NCBI GenBank assembly: GCA_023515725.1
Contig: JALDTO010000213.1
Location: 690,280-754,279, forward strand
Direction: 5' to 3'
DNA: 64,000 nucleotides
Source of the DNA: Amoeboaphelidium protococcarum X5
Taxonomy: Eukaryota; Fungi; Aphelidiomycota
The notes below the pieces were generated by a model. It was not told where the DNA came from and did not search any database. It saw only the letters and a program-made list of their open reading frames with translations. Position numbers and translations under genes: made by a program. Below are positions 55,718 through 64,000 of the stretch, piece by piece; the first letter of the stretch is position 1, and each line of letters starts with the position of its first letter.

Positions 55718-56739
55718 TCATTTCTTTTTCGAGTACTTTACATATTTAGACGCGACATTAATAAAAGAGCTAGGAAATCCCTTCAGACTGCGGTAGAATG
55801 CAATCAGCTGAGAGTCTTGCTTCTTTGCCAAGTCCACTAACGCGTCTTTCAACTCCGGGCTCTCCCATTTCAGAGACTCTATAAATGCAGCACAATCGAC
55901 TGCCGCCTATGCGTCGGATGACAATTTATTGGCAGGGTCTGATTGCGATCTGTCAACAACATTACTATCTGATGCAATAGATGATTACGTATTACCCAAC
56001 TACGACTTTATCAAAGTCACCGTGTTGTCGTTTCTAATCGACTGGCTGGTCGGAGAGACAGTGCTCACGCGACGCAATTAATCATTGGCCACCTGATCCA
56101 TGGAAGTGACGGTTGCAGCAGTGGTGGTTATCTACACAGAATTTCTCAGCTTCTTCAGCGGACTGTTTATGTCTGCGACCAGACTATTCCATATGGTGTT
56201 GAACTCGTCATCTACAGTGGCTCTCACATCGTTATCCATAGTGACATCAACGTATGCCTCCTCTTCCGCTGGCTCGTCCTGATCTTCTTCATCCTCCTAT
56301 CCAGGCAATTTTACTTTCATGACAATTGATTGATGAAATGCTACATAGTTGCATCATTAGATATGGTTTTCAATTAGATTAAATTAAAAAACTTACTTCC
56401 GCCTTAATTAAAATCTTCACCCAACTTAATGATGTCACCGTCGTGCAATTCAGTGGGAAGACTCTCCATACCCTGTGGGGAAAGACGTTACCCATTCAAG
56501 AATGTACCGCTAGAGCTCTTGGTGTCTTGAACATAGAATCTATCAATGTCATACGATAATTTACAATGCATCCTTGATACCACTTTAGATGGAAATCTAA
56601 TCATCGTGGCTGACTGGGATTCCTGATTGTCCAACTATCTGCCCAGTGTTACGGGCTAACTCAAGATCAACGTGCGTTTCCCTTGAAAGCTATTATTCTC
56701 AGGTATCAGCACCAAGGTCATACTCTCAGTCTCTGACAT
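55718..56739 (-). CDS. FHA-domain protein (SLMAP/Vps64/Dma1-type FHA); intron 56341-56396
   Basis: VTLGR, FPSKVVSRMH, VQDTKSSSGTFLNG, LHDGDIIKLGEDF. Confidence 0.88.
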
Positions 56740-57164
56740 TTTGTCGGCACAGCTATATAGATAAAATAGAGTCTCTGCTTAAATGGATGAATGAATGTCA
56801 GTCAGTAAAATTAATAAAAAGAGAATGTGCCTTCAATAAGCCATCAACACTTGAAACAATTAGTTTTATGCCTATTAATAGCAATTTCATTAATTACTTT
56901 AATTACAATATCAAAATTAAGTAATTTATATAATCGAAAAAATACAAGTAGAGTTACACAGTAGTTGCAAAATTCACACGTTCCAATAATTTATAGAGAT
57001 GACCGACTTGTATTGGGTATTGATTAAATTTCATAACAAAGGAAGATCTCTCCGATGGATGGATGGATACTGGACGCGTTCCATTTCCTTTTTCAAATTG
57101 AATTTATTTTAGTGCAATAAAGCGCTTCAATTTACTGATTTAAGGACTGCAGAATACTTAAATT

Positions 57165-58676
<1,512 letters not shown>

Positions 58677-58815
58677 ATTTGCAATGTTTGAATATGATAA
58701 GCTTATGTATGTATAACTGGAAATTGAGTACTATTTTCGATATTTTATGACTTTATTACGCCGCTTCTAAATTCTACATGTCATCTTACTCTTCATAGCA
58801 TCATTATCATCATCA

Positions 58816-61020
58816 TCACTTGTTACTTGGTTCACGCGGTTCACACACAAGAGAGTCATTATAGGCCTCATCATCGTTCATTGTTGTGAAATTTCTGATG
58901 TAATCTGTAATTTCAATCACAGGCTCAAAGTTGTACGGCGTCTGCTGATAGACTTCAAGCTCTAGAATATAACTTGCAATCTTCTAGTGCTTGGAATAAT
59001 TAATCAGACCATTTTCCAACTTGTCTTTACTGCAAGCATCCAAAAAGACCAGATCACCTTGATAGATACCTGGAAAGGGAAGCAATGGTGGATCGGCGTT
59101 GTGAATCTTGGCACGTAAATTCTTGAAGTTTAACTCGCTACTAGTCAACTTGACCAAGTCATCAAACACCTTGAGGTATTTACTGTTCACAGCCTCCCTG
59201 GTCTTCTTCAAGCGATACACGGCCGATGACTACAGACCCGCCAACACCTCTTTTACACCATTAAAATTATTCATCTTCTCCAGATGCTGTGCAATCATAA
59301 TCATTCTCTCAAATATGACAGCTCTAGTCTTTGGAGAGTCTTTGATGGATATGATTTCAGTGACCACCCATCTAGTTATGTGATTAGACCATTTAGTCAT
59401 GTTGCAAATGTTAGGTGCCTTGATCTCCTTATCTGCCTTCATCCAGGCCTGATTCAAAAACTCGGTTGGTCTAATGTTCGAAAACAGCTCAAACTCTACA
59501 AGTGTCATTTGACGCGCTACTTCCAAAGGCTCCAAGTCGGTCAGCTTCAAGTTCAAGTCTTCAGAGCGCACATCACTGAGACGCAACTTGCCAAAATTGA
59601 AGCCAGCCCAATTCGGTACCACACTCGATGATGGCCGATCTCCTCCGTATTTAGACAGAGTCGTAACCGAGGTGTTGGAAAGATCTTGCGCAGCATTGGA
59701 TGTTCGTTTGGCAATAGCTTTAGGAATAATAGGTTTTGGACGCGGTAGAGCAGTCTTCTTCTCTGCAACAACAACAGTGGTAGTTAAAGACTCTTCCTTA
59801 CCATTCATCTTTCTAGCCAGAGGCATGCGGATAACATTAGCAAGCTTCTCGTTATGAGTTCTCACGTAATTGATAAACTCATTCAATTTGTCCAGCAAAT
59901 TCTTGTCATCTTGAAAGTCGAACCAATAGTTTTCAATCCAATTCTTAACAGTGTTGCAAACACGCAGCTACACGGGTGATTATGTGGCCTACTTTGACTG
60001 GATATTGGCAGCGATAGTAGGATTGGCACTTTGAGAGTCTTTGAATCTTTTAGCAAGGAGTTGCAAGAAAGTGGCCGGTTCCATAAATGATCTGAAAGTC
60101 AATAGGAAGCTCGCCTGGAACTGGCTATCAAAAGTACTTGGATCAGTAAGACGCTCCACAAGCTTCTCAGGAGTGGCTCCTTTGATCTACTTACTTCCAT
60201 TCTCACCGCGAATGAACACAATCTGGCCAGAGCCTTCATCGCGCTCATCAGCCTCAGTTTTGGCTTCAGACAACACTTTAGTCATTGCCTCTTACATTGT
60301 CTTGCGCAACAAGTTCAGATCATTACGGTATTTTGTGATTTCAGCCTCGTGCATGCTCTTCAGCTACTCAACGGACCGCAATCTCTCAGACAGGGACAAC
60401 TTCTCAGCCATCATCTCTTTGACTCTCTGTTGCAATGCATTATTCTCAGTCTGCACACTGAGTAGAAACTGCGTGTCTGCAGCTGGAAGAGAGGATCCTT
60501 TACCGCTTCCGACTTTCAGCTTCAGATCAGTATTCTCTTGACGCAATTACACCAACTCCTCACCAAAAGCCTTCTACATCTCCATAAACTTGGCCTCTAC
60601 TTCAACCGATCTCTCATTAACAATCTTCAGCTCCTACTGATGCTAATCAGTCAAATCAGTCAAGTTGCGGCGATAATAATCTTCTTGCTGCGTGACTGAG
60701 GCTTCCAACATGCGATTCTAGATTTTGAGATAGGCAATAGTGGCAGCCTGTTACTCATTCTCCAGCTGCAGGTACTAAAGTTACGACAAAAAGTTAACAC
60801 CCGTCTACTAATCACGGATACCGGCAGCATTCTCTAGCAGGCGATACTTGTGAAGGGCGATGTGCTTCTCCTCAATCAACTGTCTTATAGTCTCCTTGCA
60901 TCTGTCTTGAAACAATTGGTTGGCCAGCAGCAATTCAATGGTGAACGATTTGAGGCTTGCGACATCGTTCGGCAGACCAGCTTCAATCTAAGCAATCATT
61001 TCATCCTTGGTCTACTGCAT
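58816..61020 (-). CDS. Ras guanine-nucleotide exchange factor (coiled coil, REM and CDC25 domains), 734 aa
   Basis: IKGATPEKLVERLT, FLLTFRSF, RVCNTVKNW, EVARQMTLVE, NNFNG, PLLPFPGIYQGDLVF. Confidence 0.93.
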
Positions 61021-61412
61021 TCTGATCAACGTATATGAAATGTATGAGTGATATTATTTATCTGGTAAAATCTAAAATAATCACAAAATAGAGTTATAAG
61101 AATAGAGAAGTTGGATAAGATATATGAACCAAGGATGGCGGTATAAAAATAGACTCGAGAGCGGAACAGCAATCTGAACGTGACAATAATAATCATTCAA
61201 CGTACACGAAGTCGTTGCATTTATTAAGGATGTCTATTTTTAAAACAGTAGTTTAAATACCCAATCGTGAATCCCTATCGTTCACAACAAATCAGTGAAA
61301 GCTAGAAAGCCACAAGCATGAATTGGAGAGGAAAGAAATACGAGAATCTAACGCCATGTGGGTTCTTTAGTTGTTGCAATGCAGAAGAACACACCCAGCA
61401 GGCGCCGGAGAA

Positions 61413-61589
61413 TTTTCACAAACACAGTGAGAGAGAGGGAGGGAGCGCGCGCGCGTGTGAAAAGAATCTTATCGAATCGTGCGATTGCGGATCATGGGAA
61501 CTTCACACTGTTATCGCTGGTCGATAGCAACATCTTGATCGCTCGCTGCCTTTGACCCTCCCTCTCTCTTTCTCACCAATTTGTGAAAA
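61413..61589. promoter_or_regulatory. Imperfect inverted repeat between the divergent RasGEF and antizyme genes
   Basis: TTTTCACAAA (61413-22) pairs with TTTGTGAAAA (61580-89), 10/10. AGAGAGAGGGAGGG (61430-43) pairs with CCCTCCCTCTCTCT (61556-69), 14/14. A regulatory role is inferred. Confidence 0.5.
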
Positions 61590-61741
61590 GTGTAGTAACG
61601 TATCGCAGGAGGCGTATTGATCAATAGCAAAGAAATACAGTTACCTTTTAGATCTGAACAGAATTATCATTTCACACTTTTAGAATTATATAATCAAAAC
61701 GATCAACTTTGCTAGCTTAATATTAACAACTGTCGCTCAAG

Positions 61742-62573
61742 ATGAAAAATTAAATGGTTTAGATGTTTTATGGTTCCTCCGATTTCATAGCTGATGAAAG
61801 TTCCCCATCAATGTCGAATATTGGTAATTAACAGGTTAACGCTAAGAAGCACTTAGGGAGGTTTGGCAATAATATTAATAATAATAGTCGTATGAGAAGC
61901 TTGGTTGCTAGTGCTTAGCCATCGGGTGGTATTTGCTATAGTGCAGAATGTACTCCATTGAAGACGTTCAGTGATCGCTCCATATAATCTGACGTTGATG
62001 ACGCTGAGCCTGAGGTGGTGTGTGAAATTCTGCGCTCAGGCGATCTTCGTAGGGAAAAGTATTATTTTAAAAAGGGCAACAAACTTTGGTAGTATGGGTG
62101 ATGTTGCCAAGAGTGCCAGTACAGAGTATCCTGTCCTTGCATAGTCGACGAAGCAGGATATCACCGACATCAAGTTCGATGCGTAGAAGGCTCTGATTAC
62201 GTTCATTGCAATATTCGGAGTGGAGAATGTGCTCAAGTTTGCGTAGGTGGATGCTCTGTTCAGTCTTTCATCGCGTCTGGTGGTGTTGCCTTCTTCTACT
62301 CAGTCTGTGCATAGTGGATTCACTGTGAACAATATTGCTTATATGGATCTGTGCGGTGTATTCTCGCATTCCTTTTCCAAGCTGTTTATCGTTAATCTGA
62401 TGGAAGTGGCAGAGGATGTTCTGAAGTGCTCAGAGCTGATTGTTATTTTAAAAAAGTCCAAGGTGGAAGATTTGAAGGCGCTTCGCTACTTTGGCTTTGA
62501 GTTGATCCGCAAAGATGGTTACTTTAACCACGTTAAAGATGACTCTATTCTCATGGGTATCTCTTTTAATTGA
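61742..62573 (+). CDS. OAZ1: Ornithine decarboxylase antizyme, 276 aa, via programmed +1 frameshift (ORF1 61742-62098, ORF2 62100-62573)
   Basis: ORF1 ends ...TGG TAG TAT GGG TGA T. The +1 frame begins GAT GTT (D-V) and encodes SKLFIVNLMEVAEDVLKCSELIVILKK...LRYFGFELI, the antizyme signature. Confidence 0.88.
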
Positions 62574-62800
62574 TACTGTTTCAGTTATTAATATCATTAA
62601 ATTTATTTATAGTTTTATAATGAAATTCTATTTCTTTTTTATTTGAATGAACTTTAACTCTTGTTGAGCCAATGAGTTGATGGTGATTACTAATATCGAA
62701 CGGATCTTCAATTGGATTTTATTATTTTCTCCTTTAAACAGAAGTTCTATCACTCAATTATTTTATCTTTGGTCTGAAAGAGCAAATTATTTGAAATCTT

Positions 62801-63789
62801 ATGGCTGATAACAGAAAAGTATAAGGAAACTAGTAACTACTGGCGGAGGCAGCTGCTCTGGGCTCGCTGACTGCCGCACAGCATCTAATATAGACTGGAG
62901 TTGACGTTAATGCGCAAAACGCGGTAAATAAATGGTAAACTTTTACAGATTTATAAACGAATATCAATTAACCAAGATCAATGTATAGCAATCATACGCG
63001 CGATTATGTAGGACACCATTACACTGGGCGGCATATTAAGGACATCTTCAAGTTGCTCAATTATTGTTGAACAATGGCGCAGATCCATTGATCAAGAATG
63101 AGAGTGGCAAGACTGCTGTAGATCTGGCTAAGAACTCGTCGATTAAGTCGCTGCTGTTGAAGTTTAGTGACGAATCTACTGCTCAGTCATCTCAACTGGC
63201 AGTGGTCCGAGATGAAGTTGATAACATGACAACATTCACTTCGTCCGAAGATGGTGATAGATCCGGTGTGCATGGTGATCATGATGTTGATGATGCCATC
63301 AATTCGGAGGACTAGTTTGTGCCGTCGTATAAAAAGTATCCTCAAATGTCATAAGAATTGCAGAACATTGTGAGTTAATCAAGTTAGCAGACACCCTCAC
63401 AATCACCAATGCCGCTCAATTAGTAGTCAGAGTCACACTAGTACTACGCATAGAGTAATCAAAACTCACCTCCTTTAGTAGGTAGTTATTTTGCTCAAGA
63501 TGGCATGAAGACGGCTGATTAAACGATCGAATTAGTGGTATACTCTGAACAGTTTGATCCTAACAATGTACTCGGAGCCATTCATATTAAGCCAAGCGTG
63601 GCCGTGAGCCATATTAAACGTACCGTTGAGCAGGAACTAGACAATGTACCGCGTAATTATTAAATTCTGCGAGTCAAGACTGATCCATAGCTGGTTCTTA
63701 TTCCAATAGGCACGGGCTAAATGAATAAATTGGTCAGTGCTGTGATGGGTAATAACGACTGCAGCATTGTCTTGAAAGAATAGAAATGA
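62801..63789 (+). CDS. ANKRD40: Ankyrin-repeat protein, ANKRD40-like; intron 62935-63011
   Basis: LAEAAALG...GVDVNAQNAVNKWTPLHWAA...LLNNGADP, later FVPSYKKYP. Confidence 0.82.
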
Positions 63790-63892
63790 AATGTTTATAA
63801 AAATCAATGAATACAGATATTGCATAATACAAATCAATTTACTTTATGCGCATCTGAATAATGGCCTATGATCTTTATGTTGCACATATTAC

Positions 63893-64000
63893 TCAGCCAT
63901 CTTCAGAGTCTTCTGTGTCAGATGTATCATCATCTTCGCTGGCTTCCATGTCAACAAGATCTCCATCATCAGATTGATCTTCACTATCGAGCTCATCAAC
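63893..64000 (-). CDS. Acidic C-terminal tail of a gene extending beyond the window
   Basis: VDELDSEDQSDDGDLVDMEASEDDDTSDTEDSEDG followed by TGA. Confidence 0.65.
   Translation of the reverse strand, partial: VDELDSEDQSDDGDLVDMEASEDDDTSDTEDSEDG

Noticed and set aside
61318-61620. Regulatory uORF upstream of antizyme
   Set aside because: It overlaps low-complexity promoter-like sequence and is probably upstream of the transcription start. There is no supporting motif.

Overview
Gene-dense eukaryotic nuclear DNA (about 40% GC, few short GT-AG introns of 56-83 nt). It uses a non-standard code in which TAA and TAG encode Gln and TGA is the only stop, so the supplied standard-code ORF track shows only fragments. 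Re-read by hand with TAR=Gln, the window resolves into about 31 genes of fungal/opisthokont type. These include a Kin1/MARK kinase C-terminus, PCNA, a GT77 glycosyltransferase, MAK11, Sec24, a GATA factor, Pol eta, beta-adaptin, CDC48, RNase Z, mL46, a perilipin-like protein, Sec61gamma, Kes1/Osh4, COQ3, DZIP1, UTP15, uL23m, ATP14, GMD, VFA1, MFAP1, COA4, an FHA protein, a PHD-JmjC protein, a RasGEF, antizyme and ANKRD40. This code plus gene content fits the aphelid Amoeboaphelidium protococcarum (inference, not checked by search). Highlights hidden from the ORF track: (1) an intact 697-aa Fanzor1/TnpB-type RNA-guided nuclease (4627-6720) with a complete RuvC triad and zinc finger, written with about 25 TAA/TAG codons and carrying a 20-residue D/E insert, with hairpins downstream as a candidate omegaRNA; (2) an ODC antizyme needing a +1 ribosomal frameshift at an unusual GGG-UGA-U site (62096-62102); (3) two tandem divergent secreted paralogues next to a beta-propeller/mucin-stalk non-RD receptor kinase; (4) a decayed Ty1/copia remnant; (5) a mirror-symmetric element between the divergent RasGEF and antizyme genes; (6) apparent over-representation of ACGCGT. 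All coordinates and translations were derived by eye and no database searches were run.
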